A stretch of 64,000 nt of DNA. It comes from Octopus vulgaris. Lineage: Eukaryota. The position numbers were made by a program, and so were the translations under genes. Shown here piece after piece: positions 27,016 through 42,545 of the stretch. A model generated the notes under the pieces. That model had not been told where the DNA came from. It saw nothing but the letters and a program-made list of their open reading frames with translations, and searched no databases. Numbering within the stretch: position 1 is the stretch's first letter; each line of letters starts with the position of its first letter. The stretch lies in the NCBI GenBank assembly GCA_951406725.2, contig OX597818.1, positions 59,334,001-59,398,000 on the forward strand, in the 5' to 3' direction.

Positions 27016-27540
27016 TTACAATAATTTAGCAATTTCGTTTGATTTACAATATTAAATTTCTAATCTATATTCAGTTATTGAATAGCGGCCATGTTGGGGC
27101 AGCATCTTGAAAGATTTAGTCAAGAATACCAACCACACTACTTGTTTTTTAAAGTATGGTACTTATTCTAACGTTCACATTTGGCCAAATGCTATGTTAT
27201 TTTGAAGGGGGTAAAGCATCCTGGTTATTCCTTGAACGAAGGTTGCGTTGTAATAGCTAGAATCTGTGCCCTGACAAACGAATAAATTGCAGCTGTTTGA
27301 AATGCACGGGTGGCGGAGGCGCAACTTATCAACAAAGCCACCATTCGGTTTTTGAACAGGGTCACAAATAACTCGAGCCCGAAATGATGTGTGAGGCCTT
27401 GCGGTAACACTTTGCCCGAATGTTCGGGACGAATGATGGGTCAAAACGCAGAGTGGATTTTAATGCCTACCTGCATGGCTTGCCACGGCATTCGGCAAGA
27501 GAGGCGGAGTGTTTCGAATGTCTCATTACAGCCGCTGATG
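27016..27540. repeat. Inverted duplicate of 20998-21520 (Tx1 piece plus flank)
   Basis: Near-identical reverse complement; ORFs 21094..21363 (+) and 27175..27444 (-) nearly identical. Confidence 0.95.
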
Positions 27541-28043
27541 TTGTTATACATACATACATACATACATACATACAAGCATATGTAATGATAATAATAAGTG
27601 GATGTAAACACATAAACAAAATAAGAATAAACAAAAACAAAATACAAATTACATGAACATATATAACAGAAGATACAAATATTACAGGCATCCCCCCCAC
27701 ATACACACACTAAATAAACATAGACGCACATAGAGATATAAGCATGCGCAAATGAAGACATACAATAGAAATACAAAATGGCTGACGGTTAGTAAGGAGG
27801 AGACACAAATAAGAAAGAAGAATACAAAGGACCACTGATGCGGTCACAGGAGTGTGACGAAAGAACTCTGGCCGAAATAAGATTAAGTTTAATGTCAAAA
27901 ATAAATAACACTGAAGCAAAATAACACCAAATATATAGTGCGTGTGTTTTTATTGGCTAAACTGGCAATATGACCATTCCGAAATATAACAATATCTGTT
28001 TCAACACACGACTTCACATAAAAAATCTTGCACAACAAATATT

Positions 28044-28164
<121 letters not shown>

Positions 28165-28173
28165 GTAGGTAGG

Positions 28174-28242
<69 letters not shown>

Positions 28243-29030
28243 GGTGTAATTATAAACAGGGCAATTTTAAGCCATTTCTCCGCAGACTGAAAAAGTGATG
28301 AACAACCTTAATCGAATTCGAACCTTAATGGGTACTCATCAGAGGGGCTACATCATTCTGACAGAGTCTAAATAAATTAACAACCAAACTAGAGGGCTTC
28401 TTTCAGTTTCTATCTGCTAAATCTGCTCACAAGTCTTTGGTCGACCGGAGGTTATAGCAGAAGACACTTTCTCATGTTGCCAGAAAGTTATACGGAACCC
28501 GGAATAATGTGCTTGGGAGGCAAGTTTCTTACTACAGAGCCACTCCTGCGCCTTGTTCATTTTCTTAAAATTTTTCCGCCACACCCATCTCATCCGCAAT
28601 GCAGAGCATACAAGCAGGAAAGCACACATACATCTTTACAATACCCTACATAAGCACAATATACTCACGCGCGAGCACCCAATACGCACTGTTATTTATT
28701 CTTAGCTTTAGGCCATTACTACTTTTCTGCCTCTCCTCTCCTCTGAGATTTTTAATTTAAATTGCAACTACTATACAAATTTCTCCTCATTGACCGAAAA
28801 AATTTTATCATCCACTTCCCTCGCTTTTCCTTCCCTCCACACAATCCAAGGTCACACACTACGCCTTTTTCTTCTCTCTCTCAGCTTAAATGGCTCTATT
28901 AAAAGCCATATATTTAATTACCCCTCTTAAATTCTTCATATCCTGACAATTTGAAAACCAAACCTCCTCCAGTCACAAGATTACAAGTTTACTTGTAAAC
29001 TTATCCACTCCCTTATACACACACACACAC

Positions 29031-29079
<49 letters not shown>

Positions 29080-29362
29080 TGATTGATTGATTCTAGTTTC
29101 AGCTTATGAGCTGTGGCCATGCTAGGGCACCGCCATATATATATATATATATATAATTCCTACTTTGTCTCTACAATTATAGTCACTTCTCGAACTTTGC
29201 TTTCTATGCAATTTCAACGAATATCCTGTGTGGAAACTTCATATAACCGAATAAGACTGACCCGAAGAATAGCTTGGGGTAGACCCCTTGTTTTGATAAT
29301 TATTTCTACCGATGTTTCACTTGCTTCGAAATATATGTAGACCGGAATTTATCTATTCCATT

Positions 29363-29410
<48 letters not shown>

Positions 29411-29414
<4 letters not shown>

Positions 29415-29605
29415 AATGTGACCGCGTGTGTACCGTTGGCGATTTTTTTCCTCCGTCTTCCCTTCTTTGGATCTTTCCTTTTCCAATGTTTCTGACGAAG
29501 AGCTTCTTTCCTTCTTTCCTGAGCGTACAATAATACTATACTTGTTCCACGTCCTCGCGTTGTTGTGTTTTCTCTTTGTGTTTTCATGTTTGGATTAACC
29601 TTATA
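29411..29605 (+). mobile_element. (TA)n-flanked Penelope-like fragment (other copies 36635-36865 -, 45565-45744 +, 47585-47812 -)
   Basis: Shared body TCAAAATGTGACCGCGTGTGTACCGTTGGCG; here CTGACGA box is canonical but the GAAAC half is deleted. Confidence 0.7.
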
Positions 29606-29650
29606 TATATATATGAATGTATGATTATATCTATATATATGTACATATAA

Positions 29651-29687
<37 letters not shown>

Positions 29688-29700
29688 CATATATACATAA

Positions 29701-29757
<57 letters not shown>

Positions 29758-30439
29758 GTTTGTATATAATCAAATAATCAAAATAAGCAACAAGGATATC
29801 CAAAGGTACCCTTGTTGCTTATTTTGAATATAATCACCCCATTTTGAATTATATGGATAATACCATACTAAATTCTGGTGCCTTTAACTTAAGTACCATA
29901 AGCAACTGAATCTAAATTTCTACTGAACGTATATATATATATACATATACATATATATATATATATATATACTCGTGTAGAAAGACCATACTTCTAGATT
30001 TTAACACTGTGATTGGTAGTCATCCTCCCCTGTTATATTCAGCGAATGTCTTGTAAAATTAGAATTTGTTTCGTTATACATACAAAAATGAATGTTTCAC
30101 GTGACATGCCATTTGGTTCCGTACTGTGCTTCATAGAAAAAAAAAAATGTGTTTTCGCAGTTTATGTCTCTGCTAAGAAATATTTACAACGTTCATACAT
30201 ATTTAACGTATGTGAGTGTTTAGTAATATCGTACTTACATTTCTCAGCTTTGAACCACGGGTGCCATAAAAATAATTTAAGCTCATACAATTGTAGCCAA
30301 TACTATAAGTGTCATGGACTAGCTCAAATCTGACAGCACAGCCGAATAATTTATAGAATGTTCTCAAACTTTTGCCATCTGTCTATAAAAAGAAGGGCGA
30401 CAGTAAGTGCAAAGAGAACAATGAGATTTTTCAAGAGGG

Positions 30440-30486
<47 letters not shown>

Positions 30487-30489
<3 letters not shown>

Positions 30490-30647
30490 CGCAGGAGTGG
30501 CTGTGTGGTAAGTAGCTTGCTAACCAACCACATGGTTCCGAGTTCAGTCCCACTGCGTGGCATCTTGGGCAGGTGTTTTTCTACTATAGCCTCGGGCCGA
30601 TCAAAGTCTTAAGTGGATTTGGTAGACGGAAACTGAAAGAAGCCTGT

Positions 30648-30705
<58 letters not shown>

Positions 30706-30910
30706 TTATGTGTGTGTGTGTGTTTTTGTGTCTCTGTATTTGTCCCCCCAACATTGCTTGACAAACGATGCTGGTGTGTTTACGTCTCCGTCACTTAGCG
30801 GTTCGGTAAGAAAGATCGATAGAATAAGTACTGGGCTTACAAAGAATAAGTCCCGCGGTCGATTTGCTCGACTCAAATGACTGAAACAAGTAAAAGAGTA
30901 AAAAAGAGTA
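30487..30910 (+). mobile_element. SINE family 2
   Basis: Head, body and tail match 19004-19440 with a small deletion. Confidence 0.9.
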
Positions 30911-31516
30911 TATAAATGCCTCTGTGTTGGTGTGTGTGTATCTGTGGTTTCTGGCTGCTATTAATCTTTAATGTTTTCCTTGAAACAATTCAAAGTTGTA
31001 CTTGAGAATCTCTCAGCTTATCATTGCAGTATATTATCTTAATAATTCTGCTTAGTCTTCCACAGCTACTTTGCGTTGCGATGCATCGATACCTTCTATC
31101 TATGTGAAAATATGTGGAATTGACTTTGAGGCTTGTTATACACTATATTCTTTGCTCATAACAAATGCATCATGTGTCTAATAACGAACTTTGTTCCAGA
31201 TACGTCAGAGTTAGTTATACTTTCACGGCAGTAGTCCGCATATTTATCTACAACGCAATGAAAGTGTGTGAGATGTTGTGAGAAGGAAGATAACGCCGAA
31301 TCAGTTTAGACAGCAAAAAAGTTGTTTATTAATGAATCGAGGCAACGTCAAATTTGGATATTCTTCAAACTGTCTCTCGACAGCAGCAGGAAATTGACAA
31401 TACATATGTAAAACATAATTGTGAATATCCGTAGAACTATGGACTTTCGTTTATTGTTTGCCGTTCCCGTTGTCTTGGCTTTTATAGATGAAATATTTTC
31501 TAATTTCACCTAATCT

Positions 31517-31547
<31 letters not shown>

Positions 31548-31620
31548 TTATATGTGTGTGTGTATATATGTGTATATATATGTATATATATGTATATATA
31601 TAAGTTTATGTATATATATC

Positions 31621-32275
<655 letters not shown>

Positions 32276-32282
32276 ATATGTT

Positions 32283-32349
<67 letters not shown>

Positions 32350-33269
32350 GATATTTATATATATATATATATATACATGTAATGCATATATATGTATACT
32401 TACAAATACATGTGTGTGGGTTGTTTTTTAATGTTTGTACGCATGGGTGTATGTGTTTGTGTATTTGTGTAGGCGTGTAGTTTTGTGTCCGTGTGTCTTG
32501 GTTATAAATCCTAAGCGATGCTTCTGACGAATTGTAGTGTGAAGACATGTATAGGTTATTTATAATTACAATGTAGAACATCGGCTGTGATTTCTATAAT
32601 TTTAAAAGTAATCAATAGAAAATATATATGAATTTATCGATTTCACATCATAGCGTTCAGAGTTTAATTCCTGGTCTCATAAATTCATTTAATCTCAATT
32701 CCCAAAGTTTACCATATTCTAAATGCATTTCTTCCATCCTTTCTTCCTTCACACATTTTCACTTTGAAATAATGCATTTTCTTCTGCAATAAAACTAAAG
32801 TACACTATTTAACAATTCATACGTGATACCGATATGTGTGTGAACGTACGTATATTTATTGCGCATCTTAAAGTGACTTTCAATGAGGAGCTTGTACTTA
32901 ATAACATATCATAATGATACAGATTGTACTATACACCCACATATAATTGTCATGTCTATTTTAATTGCTTTAATATAATGTCTCTGAATTTTTCAATCAC
33001 ACATAAATATCTTACAACATATATTTATCTATCATTCTTCGCCTCATTTACACCACCGATTTGCAAATTCAAACATCACATGATTTTTCAAAAGCCATTA
33101 TCAACAGCTTCGCTTTCTTCGAAGCCTCTACGTGTGAGCGTAGGCTGGGGAGTTCATATTTTGACGATGAAGGACTGATGCTACAGCTGTTAAATCCTGC
33201 CGTTATTAATTCCAATTATTTTCCCTGATACCTACATTGTTTCGCGACAAGTAAACTGATATCTGACTA

Positions 33270-34330
33270 CTCAAGTGGTCAAAGTACCAGAAAAAACATG
33301 ATTTCTTCCACAATATTCCTGCTGCTATGCTTGCTACTTTAGGGAAGGAAGCTCCAGCTTTAGCAACCTTGCAAAAGTGAGCAGCTCAATTTAGGAAAGG
33401 AAGGGAGAGTCTTGGAAATGACCCAAGGTCTGGACATCCTGCAACTACCATCAAAGCATTGCTCGTGTCCACCGCACGCTGGTGGATGACAGGCGATTGA
33501 CTAAAACCGATATAGTCAATTATATTGCCATATATCGTGAATGGTTAATATTCTGCTCAATGAATTTGTTATGGTGAAAGTTGCTGGTTGACATGTATCA
33601 CGTCCTCTGATATCTAATGAAAAGCGCACCAGGCTATTCCGCATCAAGGGGAAACCTAACATTATTTGAAGCAGCTCTTACCTATTTCCTTAACGCTTTC
33701 TAAGCGAGGACGGGTTTTGAATTCATTACTTTGAACCAGGGATAAGATAATTCGTGCAGTCGAAAACCCCCTCAACACCTTCTCCAAAGAAAGCGAACGT
33801 TCTTTCATCGGTGGAGAAGCTGATGGCTTCAGTTTTTTGGATGCAAAAAGCATTGCATTTATTGCCTATTTTCAAGCTGTTCACATCATCATTGGAGAGT
33901 ATTATGCCAACGTGCTGAGGCAGTTATGAAAGACTTTCAAGACAAAAAGCCCAGGAAAACTGACAAAAGATGTTTTGTTTCATTATGGCAATACTCCAGG
34001 ACACAAGCCTTTAGAGTCAAGGACTGTTTTGCGTGACTGTGGCCTTGATCTGATTAATCAGCTTCCCCATTCTCCCGATTTGTCTCTATCCGACTAACAT
34101 CTGTTACCCAACTGGAAAAATCAAGTTTCCCAATGATGACGTCATATCAATAATTGAAGAATTTTTTTTCAGCAAGAAGAAAATTTCTCTACATGTGATA
34201 TCCAAATCCTGCACCATTGATCGGAGAGCTGTATGGACTACAGGGGGAATTATGCTGAAATCTAAACCTCATTTGGCCCCATTTGATAAGAGTATCTTTT
34301 ACAGAAATGAAGTTTTCAGCTAATGAAGTT
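33270..34330 (+). mobile_element. Decayed mariner transposase
   Basis: AAQFRKGRESLGNDPRSGHP, DDRRLT, SVFWDAKSI, GEYYANVLRQL, VLFHYGNTPGH, PHSPDLSLSD (YSPDL-type motif); many stops. Confidence 0.9.
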
Positions 34331-34845
34331 TTCATAGATATAAAAGGATGCAATGTTTCTGACATACTTACACAATGCTCTTATTAAAGATGGCTGTAAT
34401 AATTGGGACGATGCAGGCAAGAACTATGCCAACAAGAAAGAAATAATAAATAAAATAAAAACACGAAAACCCCAGTTGTAAATCTTCTCTTCATGAGTCA
34501 ACTCGGTCAGAGTATACCCAGAGGTAGAATGTAGTAGCAACGGCAGAGGCGAAAATAAGGCATACGTGAAACACAAGCCTATAAGAATTCCTTTCAACAC
34601 ACGGCTATGATGCTCCCGCACTACTTCTGCTCGTGGTCAGAGATGCACATATCGGTAGCCACTAAGGGACATGGTAAACTGGGTAAGGTCAAACAACTGA
34701 CAAGCAAATCTTTGGTATTGAGCAGAATATTTGCTGTAGACCAACTTCTATACCAACACAATACATTGTAAATGATAACACATCCAATCAATTAAGAGAA
34801 AATGCCATGAGCGACACTGTCTGGTACTGCATCAGGTCATTTATG

Positions 34846-34910
<65 letters not shown>

Positions 34911-35149
34911 GTAGATAGCGCAGTTTAGAGTATATTATACCTTCGGAAAAATTAGTCTGTTTAAATAAATGATACCTAACTCTGACGAGTATGTTCAAAA
35001 TTGTTTTAATATTGCCAGAAATTCCTTCCTGGTAATTCAGACTGAAAACACTTGAATCATCTTTTGAATGATTAGAAATTAGATATGATTTTGGCGAAAA
35101 ACTTACTCAAAATTAATTAGTGCCACAACGTATTCTAATTTGCGATAAC

Positions 35150-35820
35150 ATATCTTCAGGAAACAGACGGTTGTCAGTCAGTGATGTTTATATCATAAAA
35201 TAGATTTATAATAAAATTGCACTCAAATAATGAGGTGGAGTACAACGATAAATTTACGATGTGTAAACCCGTTTTTTATGCGTTCAGTATCAAAAGAAAT
35301 AAAACGCGCCACCATATTGTTAAATGGGCTAATGCTAGTAGCAGCACTTTGTCCATTTTGTACCCACACTAAAATGTTTCTCTCGCCATTAGACGCTAAT
35401 GGAATCAATAAAAATTTTACTTTTCATCTGGATCGATATTTTTTCCTTTCTTTTATGCTTTTCTCTCTTTCAAAAAAAAATGTAGCTAAAGGTTGAAGGG
35501 AACGGAAAACGACGACCAGTAGATAAATCGGTATGAAAAACACAGTAAAATGTTACTGGCGTGCAAAGAAATAATAATAAATAATTCAATGAAATTGATG
35601 GAAGTTTTCTATTAAACAAAAAGACAAAAATATATTTTTGACCTAACGTTTACAGTGAGTTAGGAGATTATTGTTATTAAGATATTTTTTATTTGATTTC
35701 TTCAAATAAATCACGTCAAGTAATATTTATTAACGCCAACCGCTTTTACAAATGGAATTTCATATTTGTTATAAAGACAAAAAATTATGCCATAATCTGT
35801 ATGTTTTCTCTCAGAAAATG
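35150..35820 (-). pseudogene. Possible decayed GPCR remnant TM5-TM7 (duplicate at about 46090-46770)
   Basis: VFFIPIYLLVVVFRSL (TM5-like), basic loop, MDKVLLLALAHLTIWWRVLFLL (TM6-like), LFECNFIINLFY (TM7-like) in order. Confidence 0.4.
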
Positions 35821-36889
35821 CTAAATATATTTTTGCTTTATAATAATTGCTTTCTAATTTAAGAACAAGGGAACCAATTTTGAAGGGAGGAGTTTTATTT
35901 CAGGAATGTTCAATGTCCTTGCAAGAGTCAGTTCGTCTGCTGTTTCTCGCATGAGGGATTTCATAGAATTTCCGTCAATGTCCGAAATATTTGTAGATAT
36001 AGATATTACACTTTAGTCGTTCCTAATATGGAACTATCATGTCACAAAAATCTTCAGGATTTGAAATTATTTCCAATGGGGTTGTTGATTAATTTTGAAA
36101 TACACCTATACCATATTTTTGTTTGAGTAGCATAGTTAAAACCTTATAAATGTTATGGAGCATTAGTAATGATGTAACTAAATTGAAGGCAACCAGTTCT
36201 ATTCAAAGTATAATTACAGTTAACGGGTAATATTTTCCCAAAACTAGTTTGACAGAACATGGTTGAACAGCTCAAGGATTTGTTCTGAAAATAATAACAA
36301 TGAAATTGAATGGGTATCAATTTTAATCCATAGAGTCTTGTTTGACACTGTAGCTACAGTATATGAAATAATTACTGTGCAACACCGACGTCTCTAAGAG
36401 TTTTCCTAATCTGCTAGAAATAGCAGTCAAATTTTCGTTTAATTGTAAAGAAAGAAAAGTTACACTAGATAGGGAATTTTAATACATGGATTCTGAAACC
36501 AACGGAATTGCTACAGCTGGATTGATACTCATCATGACTATTTACAATCAAAAGAGACTGCATGGAATCATATCAGAGAATTTAGTAGACGGAACTCTGA
36601 TTGGAATATATTCAGGAATGTATATATATATATATAAAGTTAATCCAAACAAGAAAGCACAAAAAAAAACACAACAACGCGAGGACGTGGAACAATTATA
36701 GTATTATTGGACGCTCAGGAGAGAAGGAAAGAAGGAGGGTTTAACGTTTCAAGCAGAGTTCTTCGTCGGAAACATAGGAGAAGGAAAGATCCAGAGAAGG
36801 AAGACGGGAAAGAATCGCCAACGGTACACACGCGGTCACATTTTGAATGACTGGAAGGAAATATATATATATATGCTAATCGGTTTCAG

Positions 36890-37910
36890 CTTCAAACTTT
36901 GCCCATCCTGAGGCATAGTTTTGCTACGCTGCTACTATTGTGAGCCCTCCACTGATAAGTGGCATTTGGTGAATAAAGGAGTTTGATGTTGCTCTATCCC
37001 CATTTGCGCCTCCTGTCGCGAGGTAGGGTCATCTAGGACTCTCGACAGTTAGAGAATCAGTTTTGATTTTAAAACACATACATCCACTTTGTGTAGGTCT
37101 CTGGGTTTTTGAGAGAATATTAAGAAGCTATGGGCCCCTGAAACCCAGGCTGTTGCACTAACTGGTCCTGAAACACGATGGCGTTGTTAGAATGTTTGGT
37201 ATTATGCAGTGGTGAACCGTTCTGGCATTTGTGTAGATTTCAACGTTAAAATCTGGTACCATCCATTCCAGGATCTTCCAGATGTATATTACTGCATAAT
37301 TCTCTTGCCTTTGCTCCAGGGAGTGAGAGACTTAGTTGTGTCAGCCTTTCCCAGTACCTGAGCTGTTGCAATGAGACGATCGTCTTTGTGAAGCTTTTAT
37401 GGTCCGCTGTTCGCATGTCTATACTGTGGGGTAACCATAGTTGGAAGGAGTAGTCCAGGGCAGTGAGGACGGATATTCTCCAGATAACCATCATGATTTC
37501 CTCCTCTGTGATTTTGACGTATCTCAAGATCCAGCTAGCCAGCTGTCTGCACTTTGTCGCCATCTTAGTAACGTGTACTTGGTAATGTGCACTTGGAAAG
37601 AGGTGCCATCCCTCATATCACTCACCAGGTCATGCACTGATTTAGGTTCTGGGATTGCAATGCAATCGTCCTTGGGCCAGTGAACCCTGTAAGTTTTTCG
37701 TTCAGTTTGGGTGCTGGTAGCGAAGGGTTGGATTTTTCCAGCATTAAACTGCATGTTATCCTCAGGTGGACTCCGAAGCACACCTGCCTGGCTGTTATAT
37801 GAAGCCACAGACACAGCTTCGGTGTCAATCCGGGATAAAAATCCCAATTCAGTGCCTCTGAGTCAGTCCATCGTCGTCGACAATATCGCTCTGGCAACTA
37901 CTTTTCAATG
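36890..37910 (-). mobile_element. Decayed CR1/L2-group LINE 3' part (copies 47830-48860 -, 44580-45530 +, 56070-56584 +)
   Basis: NMQFNAGK, ATKCRQLASWILR, LDYSFQLWLPH, LRYWERLTQL resemble CR1-type post-RT motifs. Confidence 0.8.
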
Positions 37911-38906
37911 ACGTGTGGGAATGACGTCCCACAGTTTCTAGGCTTGCATCCTATTGAACAGCCTATGCGGAAGAGGATACGGCTCACTACAACTTATACA
38001 ACACGGGGACCATCAAATAGGTGCGGCTTGTGTTAGAGGTGATGATTCTGTTATTGGACGGACTGTTTAACCAACGACACATACAAAAAACGGACACGTT
38101 ATCTTCCTCAGAGTTTATCTTACGAAATAATCTTACGCTCAATGGAATATTCATTATAAGTCAGTATCCATCTTATTAATGTTTATCATAGTGACATATC
38201 TTTATGTATACAGAGTAATATTTCTTATAATAACTGTATCTGTTTTTATCATGCACATCTGCACAATCGATTTCTAAGGTTCGCTGACTAGTTTATTTAA
38301 TATGCTTTTTTCGATAGTAAACACATTTTAAGAGATATTCTGTTTACGCGTATTACTACATAAAACTTTAAAATAAGATCGTAACGCATATAAAACAACC
38401 ACAGCAACGATAATCTTTTACGGTATACGATATCATTACGACTTTTGATATCACGCATTGCTAGAAGGGTTTATTTATGCAAAGAAGAGACACGTATCTT
38501 GTATAGGTTGTAATCTGATATATTCATTGTGTATATTTTTCATTGCAAAATAGATACTCCTAAAATTGTTGCATTAATTGTTGTTTTTCCTTCTATCATA
38601 CGACAATTGTATTGTTACAATGGCCAGCAATCCATGAAATAAAATAAGCATTTCAATGCAGTCCCACCACATTTTTCTTTTTTATTGAAGTTGTGATTGC
38701 TAAACAGAATTTAGATTTATTTATTTAGAAATGTTTGGGATTACAAACAAACAGAATTTTTTTTTTTACACAAGTTTGTGTGTTGGTATATGTGCGCGAA
38801 TATATATAGATGCGTATGTATCATTGTACAAAAAAAGAGATATTTCTTTCTATACACATACACACACGCATACATAAATATATAAATATTTATGTATATA
38901 TCTGCG

Positions 38907-38951
<45 letters not shown>

Positions 38952-39087
38952 CACGCATATATATATATATATATATTTATGTATATACTTATATATACAT
39001 ATATATATATATATATTATCTGTGTATATTTTTCATATAAATATATATATATATTGTGTGCATTAGCATGTGTTATGTATGTATATA

Positions 39088-39121
<34 letters not shown>

Positions 39122-39166
39122 TATATAATACATAATACTGTATGTCAATGCATACACATTCATATC

Positions 39167-39219
<53 letters not shown>

Positions 39220-39593
39220 ATTATATAATAGACCACAGTATCGGATTTTGAATTACATCGCTGATAACAATGCACCTTCTTTATTTCTTTCGAATGATGT
39301 CATGACCTGAGTGCGTGAACTCTTTACGCACACTCACACACAAACATATCTATAACTATCAGGCTATATACATATATGAATAATTACATACACACACACA
39401 TATATACGTATGTATATATATATAACGTGATTATATAATAGATAACACTATCGAATCTTGGAATTACATCGCTGATCAAAATGAGCCTTCTTTATTTGTT
39501 TCGAATTATACCATAACCTGTGTGCGTGAACGTTTTAAGTACACACACAAACATATCTATAAATATCTAGCTATACACATATACGTATACATG

Positions 39594-39673
<80 letters not shown>

Positions 39674-39697
39674 CATGACTGAGCATGTGTACATATG

Positions 39698-39747
<50 letters not shown>

Positions 39748-39791
39748 TATATAATACATAATACTGTATGTACATAACATACACATTCATA

Positions 39792-39840
<49 letters not shown>

Positions 39841-40414
39841 ATTATATATATAGACCACAGTATCGGATTTTGAATTACATCGCTGATAACAATGCTGCCT
39901 TCTTTATTTCTTTGCAGAATGATGTCTGAAGAGGAATGTGGTTAGTAGAGTTTATATTTTGGGATATTCTTTATTTAAAACCTGATTCCGAAACGCGCGT
40001 CTATGGATAATCGGATATTGATTGATTTTCGTTACGTTACCCTCTGCCTGGATGAATAAGATTCAGGTATTATGGTTTCTCTAGTAGACCTTTTTTTAAG
40101 TAGAAGAAATGGCTTAGATTTTGGCTGCTATTTCTGAATAGTATGTGGTGATGCATTTCTTTTGCTGATCCCTTAATATTAGTATATATATATATATATA
40201 TATATATTAGATATTTCAATCACCTGAAAATTGACTGTAACTCGAATTTTAAGTACGAATTGGACAGCCTATGAAACGATCGTAGTGTTATACTCATTAT
40301 CTGTTTTTAATAATTTTGATATATATTTAAAATAATATTAATTAATTAATCTTATGTATTGGCTTAAGTTTTTCATTGTATGATTTGCCTAATAGTGGTT
40401 TTATCTCTAATTTA

Positions 40415-40467
<53 letters not shown>

Positions 40468-40491
40468 GTGTGTGTGATTGTGTATAGAAGA

Positions 40492-40945
40492 ATATATTAA
40501 TAAAAGAATAATCGGATACCTTGTCTGATTTTCACGTTTTATTTACCCTCTTATAATGATATATTATAAGATAATATATTAGTAATTGAATAAAATAAAA
40601 TGAAATAGTAGAATGTTAAATATTCATTCTGATTGAACTAGTACTTTTGGCATGCATTGAATTTCTGCAATCTTCGGGTTCATGTGGTGTTGACAGTCAT
40701 GCTTCACAATTTTTGACTGTCCCTAAATTGTGAAGTCAAAAATTGTGAAGCATGACTGTCAACACTACTACATGAACCCGAAGATTGCAGAATTCAATGC
40801 ATGAAAGTACTAGTTCAATCAGAATGAATATTTAACATTCTACTATTTCATTTTATTTTATTCAATTATAATATATTATCTTATAATATATCATTATAAG
40901 ATTGTAAATAAAACGTGAAAATCAGACAAGGTTGGAATTCTTTTA

Positions 40946-40952
<7 letters not shown>
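40492..40952. repeat. ~460 bp hairpin element, block A copy with noisier left arm
   Basis: Inverted arms around loop GTCCCTAAATTGTGA; same as 51671-52129. Confidence 0.9.
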
Positions 40953-40996
<44 letters not shown>

Positions 40997-40999
40997 CGA

Positions 41000-41815
41000 T
41001 GTAATCCATCGTAACTGCCTCGCTGGGATGCGTTGGGATGGACACTTACTTCGATTGAAGATGACACGTACGGACTTGTTTCGAAGGAATTGCACGTGGT
41101 AAACATCCGAAACAGAAACCTTAAAAAATGTTTTAGGGACGTCGTCAGAAAAAGCTTTATGGATCATAAGGTGGATATTGGTGACTGTGAGCAAATGATG
41201 GAGAATAGATTGGTTTGGAAACAAGTGTTGCACGATGGTTGTGAAGCAAGTGGAACGTGCAATCGGACGTACCGTCATTATACGAGCACATCGGAGGCGC
41301 AATGGCCCAGTGGTTAGGGCAGCGGACTCGCGGTCATAGGATCACGGTTTCGATTCCCAGACCGGGCGTTGTGAGTGTTTATTGATCGAAAACACCTAAA
41401 AGCTCCACGAGGCTCCGGCAGGGGATGGTGGTGATCCCTGCTGTACTCTTTCACCACAACTTTCCCTCACTCTTACTTCCTGTTTCTGTTGAACCAGTAT
41501 TTCAAAGGGCCGGCCTTGTCACTCTCTGTGTCACGCTGTATATCCCCGAGAACTACGTTAAGGGTACACGTGTCTGTGGAGTGCTCAGCCACTTACACGT
41601 TAATTTCACGAGCAGGCTGTTCCGTTGATTCGGATCAACCGGAATTCTCGTCGTCGTAACCGACGGAGTGCTTCCATCCATACGAGCACATCGCAAATAG
41701 GTCTTCACTTCAATCCCAAACACTTTCCGGCCTCAAAGTATTTGTAACATCTACTTTAGCGTCTGTTTTTCAAAAGCTGAACTTCCTACTCATAGGAGAT
41801 CTCTTGACAGCATTT
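41000..41815 (+). mobile_element. RTE-clade LINE 3' end split by SINE family 1 (duplicate 52160-52975)
   Basis: KKCFRDVVRKSFMDHKVDIGDCEQMMENRLVWK and ICNIYFSVCFSKAELPTHRRS (decayed terminal zinc finger). Confidence 0.7.
41293..41679 (+). mobile_element. SINE family 1, full length
   Basis: TSD ATACGAGCACATCG at 41280-41293 and 41680-41693. Confidence 0.9.
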
Positions 41816-41849
41816 AGTAATTGAATAGATGGCCTTTCATAAAGAAGCA

Positions 41850-41880
<31 letters not shown>

Positions 41881-42027
41881 CATCATCATCATCACCACAC
41901 CACCACCACCACCACCACCACCACCACCATCATCATGATCATCATCATCATCATCATCATCTGCATCATCAACACCACCACCACCACCACCACCACCACC
42001 ACTACCACCACCACCACCACCACCACC

Positions 42028-42061
<34 letters not shown>

Positions 42062-42123
42062 TCATCTTCATCATCAACACCACCACCACCACTACCACCA
42101 CTACCACCACCACCGCCACCACC

Positions 42124-42156
<33 letters not shown>

Positions 42157-42222
42157 TTCATCATCAACACCACCACCACCACTACCACCACTACCACCAC
42201 CACCACCACCACCACCACCACC

Positions 42223-42255
<33 letters not shown>

Positions 42256-42306
42256 TTCATCATCAACACCACCACCACCACCACCACTACCACCACCACC
42301 ACCACC

Positions 42307-42340
<34 letters not shown>

Positions 42341-42496
42341 TCATCATCTTCATCATCAACACCACCACCACCACTACCACCACCACCACCACCACCACCA
42401 CCACCACCACCACCACCACCGCCACCACCACCACCACCATTCATGATCATCATCATCATCATCATCATCTTCATCATCAACACCACCACCACCACC

Positions 42497-42530
<34 letters not shown>

Positions 42531-42545
42531 TCATTTACTACCACT
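41881..42545. repeat. Higher-order (CAC)n(CAT)n-CTT-CATCATCAA repeat (duplicate 53360-54035)
   Basis: About six units of ~90-120 bp built from trinucleotide runs with a fixed junction. Confidence 0.9.

Larger units (their letters stand above)
29150..31300 (+). pseudogene. Decayed GPCR paralog interrupted by a PLE fragment, microsatellites and a SINE
   Basis: PMFHL-AS..IYLFHS (TM3/ICL2), IYRMFSN..IKRRATV (ICL3), LIILLSLPQLLCVAMHRYLL (aligns with FISLPKSYFYVHRCLL of the 22520-25900 copy), AVVRIFIYNAMK (TM7). Confidence 0.5.
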
